Shown here piece after piece: positions 1 through 11,735 of a stretch of 64,000 nucleotides of DNA; the first letter of the stretch is position 1, and each line of letters begins with the position of its first letter. The notes beneath the pieces were generated by a model that was given only the letters and a program-made list of their open reading frames with translations, did no database searches and was not told the origin of the DNA. The stretch comes from the human T2T-CHM13v2.0 reference genome, Homo sapiens, in assembly GCF_009914755.1 (NCBI RefSeq), contig NC_060926.1; one strand, given 5' to 3'. The position numbers were made by a program, and so were the translations under genes.

Positions 1-130
1 GTTTGGTCTGTTTCACTAGCACATCCAGTGGCTACTGAATCTCTTTAACATGAAGGAAGCAAATAAGAAGACATGGAAAGAACATCAAACTGAGAGTCAA
101 GATGTCTAGATTCTTGTTTTGCCTTTAACC

Positions 131-170
131 TTCAGCTAATGATTTAAATTCAGCTAATGATTTAAATTCA
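131..170. repeat. 18-bp tandem duplication (TTCAGCTAATGATTTAAA x2.2)
   Basis: Exact copies at 131-148 and 149-166, plus TTCA at 167-170. Confidence 0.9.
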
Positions 171-199
171 CTAGACTTCCATTCCTTAACCTACATTTT

Positions 200-366
200 A
201 TTTTTATTTATTTATTTATTTAAAGATAGGGTTTCTCTCTGTTGCCCATGCTGGAGTGCAATAGTGTGATCATAACTCACTGCATCCTTGACCTGAGATC
301 AAGAGATCCTCCTGCCTCAGCCTCTGAAGTAGCTGGGAATGCAGGCATGAGCCACCACACCCAGCT
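200..366 (-). mobile_element. Alu monomer (FRAM/FLAM/AluJ-type)
   Basis: T-rich tail, then CTCTGTTGCCCATGCTGGAGTGCA...CCTCCTGCCTCAGCCTC...GAGCCACCACACCCAGC. Degenerate TSD CTTAACCTACATTTT / CTTATCTACACTTT. Confidence 0.85.
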
Positions 367-1547
367 CTTATCTACACTTTATAAATAAAACCTGCTTTAC
401 CCATCTCAGGAATAATGAGGATAACATTAAATAAAAGATTCAAAAGTACTTGCAAAGTACTGGAAGGATTATACTTGCATAGAACATCACTAAAGAAACA
501 TTTTCTGCTTCTAATAGCCTCCCATCAACTTTGATGAACTTACTTGGACCCCACATTACAAAGGTATTTCTGTAACTACAAACACAAAAACTCTTATATG
601 TTAAGTACTCGGTGCATTCCTATTTTTCTCTAGAATATTCTTTAGCAACTTCAAACTTGCTTTTCATTCTATCAAATTTCTTTTTTAAAATTCCATATAT
701 ATAACACTGGATAGTACTAGGATTTTATTTCAAAAACTTATATTTTTTTTAAATTTTTTCAAAAAGAAATGCCCTAACCAGCAACGTAATTGAGATTCCT
801 TCCTTTGGACATTTGGCAGAAACGTCTTCTTTCATGAAATAGTGGTGTTATTTAATAATGAAGCATGATTTTTCCCCCTCTCTCTCTCAAAAGTGAAAAT
901 TGAAGTATAGCAGAAGATTCAACATTCTCTAGGATATACATGTGTGCTTTTTCTAGTAAAACTAGATTTTAAAAAACAATATTTCTGTGAACAGGAATAT
1001 TTGTGGTTAAGCATTTTATCTATGTGGTTCTAAATATTGAAACTAATAAAGGAATACTTTTAAAGAAAAAAGGTTTAGTCTGTATAAGCACAGAGAGTGG
1101 ATAATATGCCACTATCACAAAGTTTTTAATACATTTGCTTAATATTTTTAAGTAAACTCTTTTTAATGTTAAAAAGTCTTTTTTCTAAGTTGTGTAGCTA
1201 ATTATGGCAAAATTGCTATTAGCTTATTTTGGGAAATAGGTAAATCTCACATTGAACTCTTGTGATAATGAGTCAGCACAAACCTACAATAATTATTTTT
1301 AAATGAAAATCAAATTGTGTCACCCCTCTAGTCAATGGCTTTGCCATCTCGCTCGGAGTGAAAGCCACAGTCCTCCCAAGGGCCCAATCTCAACGCCCCC
1401 TGCCACGTCCTCTCCCATCACTCTGTTCTCTTGCCTGCCCACTCCAGTTGACTGGTCCCCTTCCTCTTTCTTGTTCATTTCAGGCCTTATGCTCTTACTA
1501 GTGTCTTCCGCCTGGAATGCTTTTCCCTGGATAACACATTCCTGGCC

Positions 1548-2084
1548 CAGGACCAGCTACATAATGTTTCATGCTCAGTGTAAAATGAAAAATGCTTTTC
1601 ACTACAAATTGGTAAGAATCACAAGATGGCAACAGCAGAGCATTAAACCAAGTGTGGGGTCCTGTGCAATTGCATGAGTGGTGTATTAGTCCATTCTCCC
1701 TCTGCTATTAGGACATACCTGAGACTGGGTAATTTATAAAGGAAAGAACTTTAATTGACTCACAGTTCCGCATGGCTAGGGAGGCCTCATGGAACTTACA
1801 ATCATGGTGAAAGGGAAAGCCAATATGTCCTTCTTCACACGGTGGCAGCAAGGAGAAGTGCAGATTGAACATGGGAAAAAACCCCCCGATAAAACTATCA
1901 GATCTCATGAGAACTCACTCACTATCACAAGAACAGCATGGAGGTAACCACCCCCATGATGCAATTACTTCCCAGCAGGTTCCTACCACAATACATGGGG
2001 ATTACGGGAACTACAATTCAAGATGAGATTTGGGCAGGGACACAGCCAACCACATCAGACGGTGTGCTCAGGGAAGCCTAACTG
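1548..2084 (-). mobile_element. MER45A (hAT-Tip100 DNA transposon), split by a THE1 LTR
   Basis: CAGGACCAGCTACATAAT...GTAAAATGAAAA...CAGCAGAGCATTAAACCAAG matches reverse-complemented MER45A. It resumes after 2057. CCTGGC occurs on both flanks (TSD remnant). Confidence 0.75.
1682..2057 (-). mobile_element. THE1 (THE1C-like) MaLR solo LTR
   Basis: TGTATTAGTCCATT...GAGACTGGGTAATTTATAAAGGAAAGA...CAAGATGAGATTTGGG...CACAGCCAACCACATCA, with TG...CA termini. Confidence 0.9.
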
Positions 2085-2549
2085 CCTGGCTTCTTACTTC
2101 CCTCATCTTTGTTCCAGTGTCACCATATATTAGAGAAGTCATTCTTCTCACCATTCTATGTGGGATAGTTACTCCTGTGGCACTCTTTGTTTGTTTCCCT
2201 TGTTTTGCAGTTCTCCTTAGCACTTGCCACCAGCTAATCTACTCTGCACTAAATCATTTACTTCTTTCTTTGGTGTCTATCTCCTCCTGTGGAAATATAA
2301 GGGCCATACATGCTTTATCACCCAGGGTATAGAATATGCCCACCACAGAGTAGCCACTCAAATATTTGCTGATTGAATGAACAAATGAATAGATGACCAG
2401 TAGTGAAAAGCGAGGCCATATAAATAAAAAGCAAAGTTTGTTGTTGTTTTTTTTTAAGGATTCAAGAGTCACATCAGAATTTAAAACAGAGAATACAGAA
2501 ACTCTGTTTTGTATGCATATGGGGGGTCCAAATTTAAGAATGCAAATTG

Positions 2550-2690
2550 GGGAATGAGGAGAATGGATTTTGCTTCAGCTCTAACACTGTCTGGCTCTGC
2601 GACTTTGGAGCAGTCTCTTGACCTCCCTGAATCCCATGTTGTCACCAGTGTAGTGAGAGGCCTTCTAGCATTCTGTGACTTTATGGAACA
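2550..2690 (+). mobile_element. MIR fragment
   Basis: Degenerate MIR core (GGCTCTGCGACTTTGGAGCAGTCTCTTGACCTCCCTGAATCCC). Confidence 0.5.
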
Positions 2691-3783
2691 ATCTTACACA
2701 CTTGTAAGTCCAAGCTCAACATTCTAAGTAAACATTGAAGTAATCTTGTCAGTTGAAGCTATTTTCTGTATGTTTGGGTCAAAACCCAAAACTGCAGACA
2801 CTCTCTTTGTATTACCAGTCTAGTATGTATACAGTCTTTTTCCTTCAATATGATAGTCTAGTTATGGCCTCAGAAAATCATTTCCCCAAGGAAAAAAATT
2901 AGTCTACTTTGAGGAAGAGCTAGAATTATTATAAATGGCTTGTGCATCAGTTTGTGGAACTTGAACCCTTAAATGGGGATATATGGATATGCTTATTCAG
3001 ACCCATAGGATGTTATATGTTGGTTCCTTAGAAAGAGCTAGAAACCTAAATGTAGAGCCTGCTGACCCTCTATTTCCTTACTGCTGGTTGAGACATTATG
3101 GGGTGTCTATTGCTGAATCCATTGTAGAAAACAGAATCCTCATTTAATATGTCAAGCTCCTTTTTTGTATTATTAATTCCAAAAATCATGAAGAAATGTT
3201 CTGATCATAAATTCTCTTGGCATAGATGATATGAAAACACAAAACATTAAAATGCCTTCTGGCTCTGTATATGTCTGCGTTGAAAAATATTTGTTTTCCA
3301 AACCTCAGCCTCTCTCCTTTGTGGTCAATAATTGTGCACAGTATTTGCTTTGTAGTTTGTTTTTCATGTCCATTTTGCTTAAGATAATGTCCTGTGTCCT
3401 TTTTTTATACTTCTAATACATTTTTCCTCTGCTCACTGTGTTATTTGCAAAGAAACAAACAGATTTTTCCCCAGAATTCACATTAATCCTTCCCACTGAA
3501 ATATTTTTCCATGTGCTTTTATCACTATTTTAAAATAATCTTGTTTCATCTGATGGAATGTGAGCAAGATGGACCTCGATTACATAAAAATGGACAGAGG
3601 CAAAATGAACCAAAGTGAGACCCAATGCAGATGCTGAGAGCAAGGTTATAGACTTGGTCAATTGAATAGGGAAAGGCTTAAGAGTTCTATAAATCTCAGT
3701 ACAAGGTCAGAATAGGAATTAAGAAAGCAGAGCAAGATAGCTGAAGAGAAGCCTCCACCCATCATCCTCCCTTACAAAGACAC

Positions 3784-4183
3784 TTTCACACGCGTCCCTG
3801 TGAAGAGACCACCAAACAGGCTTTGTGTGAGCAATAAAAGCTTTTAATCACCTGGGTGCAGGCAGGCTGAGTCCAAAAAGAGTCAGCAAAGGGAGATAGG
3901 GGTGGGGCCATTTGATAGGATTTGGGTAGGTAAAGGAAAAAGGGGGGTTGTTCTCTGGCAGGCAGGAGGGGGGGTCACAAGGTGCTCAGTAGGGGAGCTT
4001 TTAAGCCAGCATGAGCCAGGAGAAGGAATTTCACAAGACAATGCCATCAGTTAAGTCAGGAACGGGCCATTTTCATTTATTTTGTGGTGGAATGCCAACA
4101 GTTAAGGCAGGAACCGGCCATCTGGATGTGTAAATGCAGGTCACAGGGGATATGATGGCTTACTTGGGCTCAGAGGCCTGACA
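3784..4183 (-). mobile_element. LTR7 (HERV-H) solo LTR
   Basis: Reverse complement starts TGTCAGGCCTCTGAGCCCAAG and ends ...GGTCTCTTCACAGGGACGCGTGTGAAA. Perfect 5-bp TSD GACAC (3779-3783 / 4184-4188). Confidence 0.95.
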
Positions 4184-6757
4184 GACACCAGTTTAACAAC
4201 TATCTACATATATTTTTTTAAAAACACGCTCTTAAGAACCAAAAATCAGGTGAGCACTCACAGTACCTGGTTCTAGCAACTTTGTATTCCTGAAAGAGTT
4301 ACTCAAGAGGTAGGAAAAGCAGTCTTGAATTGCAAACACCACCCCTCCCCGACCCCGGGTAGCCGCTGCCTGGTGCAGAGAGCATCTCTGTGCACTGGGG
4401 GAGGGAGAACACAGCGATGGTGAGGCATTTAACTCAGTGCTGTCCCGTTATAGCAGAAAGAAAAACTGGACCAAATTCAGCTGACTCCTGCCCATGGAGG
4501 GAACATTTAAATCAGCCCTAGCCAGAAGGGAATCCTGGATCCCAGAGGTCAGAACTTGAGTTCTGGCAAACCTTGCCACTGGGGTCTAAAGTACTCAGGG
4601 GCTCTAAATAAACTTGAAATGTAGTTTAGGCCACAGGATCTGTAACTTCTAGAGGAGTTCTACTGTTGAACTGAGCCCAGAGCCAGTAGACTGTGGGGGG
4701 GGTGGGGGGGGGGCAGGGGAATGCAACCTGCTGAAGATACCCGCTGGGGCAGCTAAAGGAGTGCTGGCATCACCCCTCCCCTAGCCCCAGGGAGCAAAGC
4801 TCACTGCTCCAAAAGAGAGCCCTTCTTTCTGCTTGAGAAGAGCAGAGGAAAGAGTGGGGAGGAGTTTGTCTTGTGTCTTGGATACCAGCTCAGCCACAGC
4901 AGGGTAGGGCACTGGTCAGAGTGTTGAGACCCCCATTCCTGGCTCTAGCTCCTGGACATTTCTAGACACACCACGGGCCAGAAGGGAACCCGCTGCCTTG
5001 AAGGGAAGGACCCAGTCCTGGCAGCATTAATCACCTGCTAACTAAAGAGCCCTTGGGCCCTGAATAACCAGCAATAATATCCAAGGTACTATGATGAGGG
5101 TCTTTCGAATGACTCTGAGACTAGGTATAGGAGGAATATACCTCAACATAATAAAAGCCATATATGACATATCTACACCTAGTATCATACTGAATGGGGA
5201 AAAACTGAAATCCTTTCCACTGAGATCTGAAAAATGACAAGGATGCCCATTTTTTTCACCACTGTTATTCAACATAATACTAGAAATTCTAGCTAGAGCA
5301 ATCAAACAAGAGAAAAAAAAAGGCATCCAAATTTGAAAGGAAGAAGTCAAATTATCCTGTTTGCACATGATATGATCTCATATTTGGAAAAATATGAAGA
5401 CTCCACAGATAAACTTTTAGAACTGATAAATCCAGTAAAGTTGCAGGATACAAAATCAACATACAAAAATCAGTAGCATTTCTATATGCCAGCAGGGAAA
5501 AATCTGAAAAAGAAATCAAAAAAGTAATCCCATTTACAATAGCCACACATAAAATTAAATACCTAGAAATTAACCAAAGAAGTGAACAATCTCTGTAATA
5601 AAAACTGTAAGACACTGATGAAAAAGAAATTGAAGAGGACACAAAAAAATATTCCATGTTCATGGATTGGAAGAATCAGTATTGTTAAAATGTCTGTACT
5701 ACCCAAAGTAGCCGTCTACAGGTTCAATACAATCCCTATCAAAGTACCAATGACATTCTTCACAGAAATAGAAACAATCCTAAAACTTATATGAATTCAC
5801 AAAAGACCCAGGATAGCCAAAGCTATCCTAAGCAAAAAGAACAAAACTGGACGAATCACATTACCTGACTTCAAATTATACTGCAAAGCAATAGTAACCA
5901 AAACAGGATGGTACTGACATAAACACAGACACATATAGATCAGTGGAATAGAATAGAGAACCCAGAGACAAATTTGCACACCTACAGTGAACTTATTTTT
6001 GGCAAAAGTGCCAAGAGCATATATTGGGAAAAAGACATTCTCTTCAATAAATGGTGCTGGGAAAACTGGATATCCACATGCAGAAAAATGAAACTAGACC
6101 CCTATCTCTTGCCACGTACAAAAATCAAATCAAAATAGATTAAATATTTAAATCTAAGACCTCAAACTCTGAAACTACTGCAAGAGAACTTTGGGGAAAA
6201 TCCCCATGATATTGGTCACAGCAAAAATTTCTTAACTAATACCCCACAAGCACAGGCAACCAAAGCAAAAATGAACAAAATTAACATTAAGTTTAAAAGG
6301 TCCTGCACAGCAAGGGAAAGTAATCAATTGATAAAGTCAAAAGACAACCCACAGAATGGGAGAAAATATTTTCAAACTACCCATCTGACAAGGCATTATT
6401 AAACAGAATATATAAGAAGCTCAAACAACTGTACAGGAAAAAAATCTAGTAATTGATCAAAAAATGGGCAAAAGATTTGAATAAACATTTTTCAAAAGAA
6501 GACATACAAATGGCAAACAGGCACATTAAAAGGTGCTCAGTATCACTGATCATCAGAGAAATGCAAATCAAAACTACAATGGGATATAGTATCATCTCAC
6601 CCAGTTAAAATGGCTTATATCCAAAAGACAGGCAGTAACAAATGCTGGGGACAAGATGGAGAAAAGCAAACCCTCATATGCTGTGGATGGGAATGTGAAT
6701 TAGTACAACCACTATGGAGAACAGTTTGGAGGTACCTCAAAAAAACTAAAAGTAGAG

Positions 6758-7207
6758 TGTGATGGTTAATACTAAGTGTCAACTTGATTGAAGGATGCAA
6801 CGTATTGATCCTGGGTGTGTCTGTGAAAGTGTTGCCAAAGGAAATTAACATAGGAGTCAGTGGGCTGGGAAAGGCAGACCCATCCTTAATCTGGGTGGGC
6901 ACAATCTAATCAGCTGCCAGCATGGCTAGAATATAAAGCAGGCAGAAAAACGTGAAAAAAATAAACTGGCCTAGCCTCCCAGCCTACATCTTTCTCCCAC
7001 GTTGGACCCTTCCTGCCCTTGAACATCAGACTCCAAGTTCTTCAGTTTTAGACTCAGTCTGGCTTTCCTTGCCTCTCGGCTTACAGACGGCCTATTGTGG
7101 GACCTTGTGATTGTGTGAGTTAATACTTAATAAACTCCCCTTTATATAAATACATTAGTTCTGTCCCCCTATTAGTTCTGTTCCTCTAGAGAACCCTGAC
7201 TAATACA
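6758..7207 (+). mobile_element. MLT2A1 (ERVL) solo LTR
   Basis: TGTGATGGTTAATACTAAGTGTCAACTTGATTG...AGAGAACCCTGACTAATACA. Perfect TSD TAGAG (6753-6757 / 7208-7212). Confidence 0.92.
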
Positions 7208-8179
7208 TAGAGCTGCCATATGATCCAGGAATCCCACTGCTGGGTATATACCCAAAAGAAAGGAAATCAGTATATCAAAGAGATATTCCGTGTTTGTTGA
7301 GGCACTGTTCACAACAGCCAAAATTTGGAAGCAACCTAAATATCCATCAACAGATGAATTGATAAAGAAAATTTGGTATTTATACACAATGAGTATTATT
7401 CAGCCATAAAAAGAATGAGATACTGTCATTTGCAACAACATGGATGGAAGTGGAGATTATTATGTTAAGTGAAATAAGCCAGACACAGAAAGACAAATGT
7501 CACATGTCCTCATTTTTGGGATCTAAAAATAGAAACAGTTGGATTCATGGACATACAGAGTAGAAGGATGGTTACCAGAGGCTGGGAAGTGTGGCAGTAG
7601 GGGATGGGGAAAAGGAGCATGATTAAAGGGTACAAAGAAATGTTACAAAGAATAAGACCTGCTATTTGACAGCACAACAGAATGACTATAATCAATAACT
7701 TAATTGTACATTTTAAAATAACTAAAATATATAATTGGATTGTAACACAAAGGATAAATGCTTGAGGGGAATGAATGTCCTGTTCTCCATGATGTGATTA
7801 TTACACACTGCATGCCTATATCAAAACATCTCATATGTGCCATAAATATATACACCTACTATGTACCCACAAAAATTAAAAATTTTTTAAAAAGTAGGAC
7901 TTAATACTGGACTCCATTCATGTCGATTCCTTGTTATCCCCTCAATTAGAAACTCTATTTCTAGAGACTAGGAATATAGGTCCTTACTGGTTATAGTTAG
8001 GAAGATGTGGATGCAGGAGACTTGCTTGTTCATCAGAAAGACAGGTTTGGCAGAGCTTGACTTTAGTGCATTAAAGATAAGTCATAATTGAGCACCTTGT
8101 CCCTCAGTGAGGACAAATAAGCAGAAAAAGTGCTATATTTATATAGTATGCCTACATGTGTTACCAGCATATCAAGAGC

Positions 8180-8775
8180 ATCAGAGAAGCATGCCAACCC
8201 AGAACAACTCTTGGGATACACACAACTTACTTAGGGCAGGAAGCCTACTGAGAAAGCTACTCGGCCGCAAACATTGGCTATTTCTTTTGTGAATGAAAAG
8301 ATGACCCACAGGGTAGAACCAAGAGCCCAAAGAGCAGAGATAGAAACCATGGAGAATCGTTCCCATAGCAGAAGAAGAGGCCTAACTAAGAAGTGACAAC
8401 ATATGCTCAATTGTATTTCAGCACTGGCTGGATTTCTGAATTGGCCTGGACCTGTGACTGCTAAGTGTCTCCTACTATCACCTTTTTAAGTGGGAATGTC
8501 TATTATGTTTGTCCCATCCATGCATCACCATTGTATTTTGGCTGTGTAGGAGGAAGATAACATGTCTCTTTATTTTATATATCTTCAGACCAAGAGGAAC
8601 CATACTCAAAGAATCATACCTGGGGAGCCTCTTTAGCTTACATGCTTAGATTAACAGAAACTGGGGGCCTTAGTTTAAGCTTAATGCTAGAATAGGATTA
8701 GAATTTTGAGTCTTGAAAGGCAGTGAATGTATGTGTGTGTGGAAGAAATATAAAGTTTGTGGCCAAAAGGTGGAC
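8180..8775 (+). mobile_element. MLT1-int (MaLR internal) 3' fragment
   Basis: MLT1-int-like GTAGAACCAAGAGCCC...GCTGGATTTCTGAATTG, ending in the purine-rich GGCCAAAAGGTGGAC immediately before the LTR TGT. Confidence 0.6.
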
Positions 8776-9261
8776 TGTGATGGGTGAAAGATGGTCACAA
8801 TTCCTGTGGCACTGCTTCCCTGGAAAGGAGGAGCCCAATATACTCCTCCCCTCTAATCGGAGTTGGCCTTGTGAACTTGTATGACCAATGAAACGCAATG
8901 GAATTGACATTCTGGGACTTTTAAGATGCTTTCACCTGGGCCTCTGGAAACATTTTCCAGGAGCGTGAGCCACTATGCAGGAGGACTCCAGTCGACAGTT
9001 TCAGCATAGCTCAGCCCTCCAGCTGCCCACATCAAGGGTCAGACACGGTACGAAGCTCTCTTGAACCCTCTCTCTGAACCAGCCCACCCACCTGTCAAAT
9101 ATTAAAAGTGACCTCAACCAATGCCATGTACAGTAGAATTGCCCAGGTAGGCCCTGCCTGAATCTCACCCCCATAAAATTGTGAGAATATTAAAGTAACT
9201 TTTTTATGTAAGCCACTAAGTATTTGGGAAAATTTGTGATGCAGCAGTAAATAACCAGAAT
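8776..9261 (+). mobile_element. MLT1 (G/H-like) LTR
   Basis: TGTGATGGG...GGCCTTGTGAACTTGTATGACCAATG...TAAGCCACTAAG...GCAGCAGTAAATAACCAGAA. Confidence 0.75.
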
Positions 9262-9761
9262 GAGGTCTCTTCCTCCTTCTGGGTCTCAGTTTCCTCACTG
9301 ACAAAATGTGAGATTTGAATCAGACCCCTGAGTTTTCTTCCAATTTTAACAAAATTGGCAAAACAACACTTTGCAATTGCCACAATCTTTCTTATAAAAT
9401 CATCTAAAGGTAGTAAGCATTACAAAATTAAGTCACTTCTAACTTAAACACCTGAACCAGAGTTAAAAAGCTGGGGAACTGTTGCCAGTACATACAAACC
9501 ACCATTCTGGCTGAAGATAAGCTAACAAGGTTAATGTTTTTATAGAGAGACAAGGTGATTTCTCCTCAATGACTCCAGAAGGGTTAGTGAAATCCACCCA
9601 AGTTACCTTAAATCTAAAATATCTCAGTCCTTCAAACAAAAATTTCCATTGAACAAGACATATGAAAATTGGTCTAGAAGATTAATTCCTATCTGCAAAC
9701 AAGTTGGTGACTATGTATATACAAGAGCAAATGCATGGACTTCTGTCTATTCATTTGGCAT

Positions 9762-10286
9762 AGAAGTTCTTAGCTTGCAGTTTATGTACTCTCAAGGGGT
9801 CCATGGATAAAATTCAGGGGTCCATGTACTTTCATGGGAATACAATTATTTATTTTTTAATGTTTAATTGAATTTAGAATTTCAATTATAAATACAGACA
9901 AAAAACCCAAAAACTATTAACGGTACCTGTGATTTTTGCCACCACTAGAAATCAACAATGTGTTCGTATAACAGCTGTTGCAAACATCTCAAATTATTAT
10001 TTATGCTCATCACAATGCTAAAATTAGGTTTATTAATCCCACTGATGCAGCTGCTATATAGTACATTAATAAAAAACATATTTATGTGTACATACACATA
10101 TATATATCCTACTATAAAACAAATTTGCTTTTCATATGTTGATAACCATATTTTACTATAATTGTTTTGCTTTTTAATGCTATGTGTTTTAGTTTAAATG
10201 TTTAAAAACATTATTCTGAGAAAGTATTCATAGGCTGCTTGGACAACCAAGGGGGTCCATGACACCAAAAAAGTGAAAAATCCTTG
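9762..10286 (+). mobile_element. Charlie4a-like hAT DNA transposon
   Basis: AGGGGTCCATGGATAAAATTCAGGGGTCCATG at the left end and GGGGGTCCATGACACCAAAAAAGTGAAAAATCCTTG at the right end. Related to the copy at ~51.4-51.9 kb. Confidence 0.7.
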
Positions 10287-11014
10287 ATGTTCATCCCATT
10301 GTATAGCTCTAGCTCACCTGACTTTCCTGCCAGTCAGTACATGTTGAGCACCTGCCATGTGTCCAAGTGGTCTCAGAGGTCAGCTGGCAGATACATTAGT
10401 TTTCTCCCATTTTGCTTCCCTTTCCCAATTCCTGTAGTTGCTCTGAATATCAGCCTGTGTCTTCAGACCCTCTTCCCACTCATGGCCCCCTCATTCTTCA
10501 CAGACGTTTCTGCTCCATACTTCATTATAGAAAAGGTAAAACTTCCTCGTTTTAATCATGCCCAATATTTCTATTGTTACATGTGTGCCACTATCTCTCT
10601 AATATATATTTCCAAACCCATCTCTTCTGAGCTTAACAATCTAAATTTCCAGCTGCCTACTAATCTTGAATATCGTTCACATACTTCAAATTAAGTGGGA
10701 TCATTCATGAAAGGTTCCTGCCATCATAAATGCTGACTCACACTGACCCCTAGGTACATATGGCCACAGCAATTCTGCACGTGAGGCCCTTTGGTGTCAC
10801 ATCTGGATTTAACCTCCTCTCCCTCACCCCCATATATTTCTGAAATCCACTTCTCTTGACTCAGACTCTGCTCAGCTCTTGCACTGACCATTTGACTGGC
10901 CTTTTAAAGAATCTCCCAACTTCTAGTATCTCATTTTTTTCCAATCCGACTAGAATTATCTTTCTAGAACTCAAATTTGACCATTTCACTTTTCACCGTA
11001 AAAGTTGCACTGCA

Positions 11015-11186
11015 TAAACTGTTAGGTCTCACCTGGGTGATTCATTAAAACACAAACTGCTTGGCCCCAACCCCAGAGTATCTGATTCAGTACATCTGCT
11101 GTGGGGCCTGAAATTTTGCATTTCTAACCAGTTTCCAGGTTAGAAACTGATGCTGCTGGTCAGGAAACCACACTTGAGAATTCCTG
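11015..11186. mobile_element. MER5A (hAT-Charlie)
   Basis: TCACCTGGG...CCCCAACCCCAGAGTATCTGATTCAGTA...GCATTTCTAACCAGTTTCCAGGT...CACACTTGAGAA. Confidence 0.75.
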
Positions 11187-11194
11187 GCCTAGAA

Positions 11195-11437
11195 CATCGT
11201 CCTTAAATCTGTTTGATTTGCAGTTCTTCCAGGAAAAATTGTTTCAGACCTCCGTTATAGGTATGCCTAATTATTTATAAATTACTTACAGGTTCTAATG
11301 CATTAACATGGCAGGTACATTATGAAACACATTACAAATAATCATTTTAAAAGATAAAACAAAAAAGGAATAGAAAATTTAAGAATATTCTTTCTGTACC
11401 CACATGAATGTTATACACCTCACATCAGAATATTCTG
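11195..11437 (+). mobile_element. MER112-like hAT element
   Basis: AT-rich body TTATTTATAAATTA...GTACATTATGAAACAC...AATATTCTTTCTGTACCC resembles MER112. Confidence 0.45.
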
Positions 11438-11519
11438 GGAGGGACAGAGATTAAGAATGAGCCTTGGGCTGAGATATTAAGTCCTATACTCTTTGTCATT
11501 CTAGTCAATCATAGTCAGT

Positions 11520-11735
11520 CTGTTTGCTTTCTAATCCTGGCTCCAGGCTATAGAAAGTTACAACCTTAGGGAAGATCCTTCACCTCTGTAAGCCTCTATG
11601 TCTTCCTCTGTAAAATGGAGATAATATTCAGTAACAACCTTATAGGATTGTTTTTAAGATTAAATAAATTAATATGCATAAATGGCTTAACAAATTCTTG
11701 GCATATAATAAATGCTCGATTAATGCTGACTATTA
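11520..11735 (+). mobile_element. MIR
   Basis: CACCTCTGTAAGCCTCTATGTCTTCCTCTGTAAAATGGAGATAATA...AAATGCTCGATTAATGCTGACTATTAT. Confidence 0.75.

Larger units (their letters stand above)
1290..2390 (+). mobile_element. L2 LINE 3' fragment (interrupted by MER45A and THE1)
   Basis: L2-like CCGCCTGGAATGCTTTTCCC at ~1510 and L2 3' terminus CACTCAAATATTTGCTGATTGAATGAACAAATGAA at ~2355-2390. Boundaries approximate. Confidence 0.55.
3723..7892 (+). mobile_element. L1MA (L1MA2/3-like) LINE-1 with 5'UTR and 3' end but a large internal deletion; hosts LTR7 and MLT2A1
   Basis: L1M1-type 5'UTR (GCAAGATAGCTGAAGAGAAGCCTCCACC...AAGAACCAAAAATCAGGTGAGCACTCACAGTACC). Jumps to ORF2 RT-region sequence at ~5121, with degenerate ORF2 peptides ([19 protein letters not shown]). 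L1MA 3'UTR ends ...CTATGTACCCACAAAAATTAAAAA. Degenerate TSD AATAGGAATTAA (3711-3722) / AGTAGGACTTAA (7893-7904). Confidence 0.85.

Noticed and set aside
1303-2332. ORFs of 124, 66 and 100 aa
   Set aside because: They lie inside L2, MER45A and THE1 sequence and resemble no protein.
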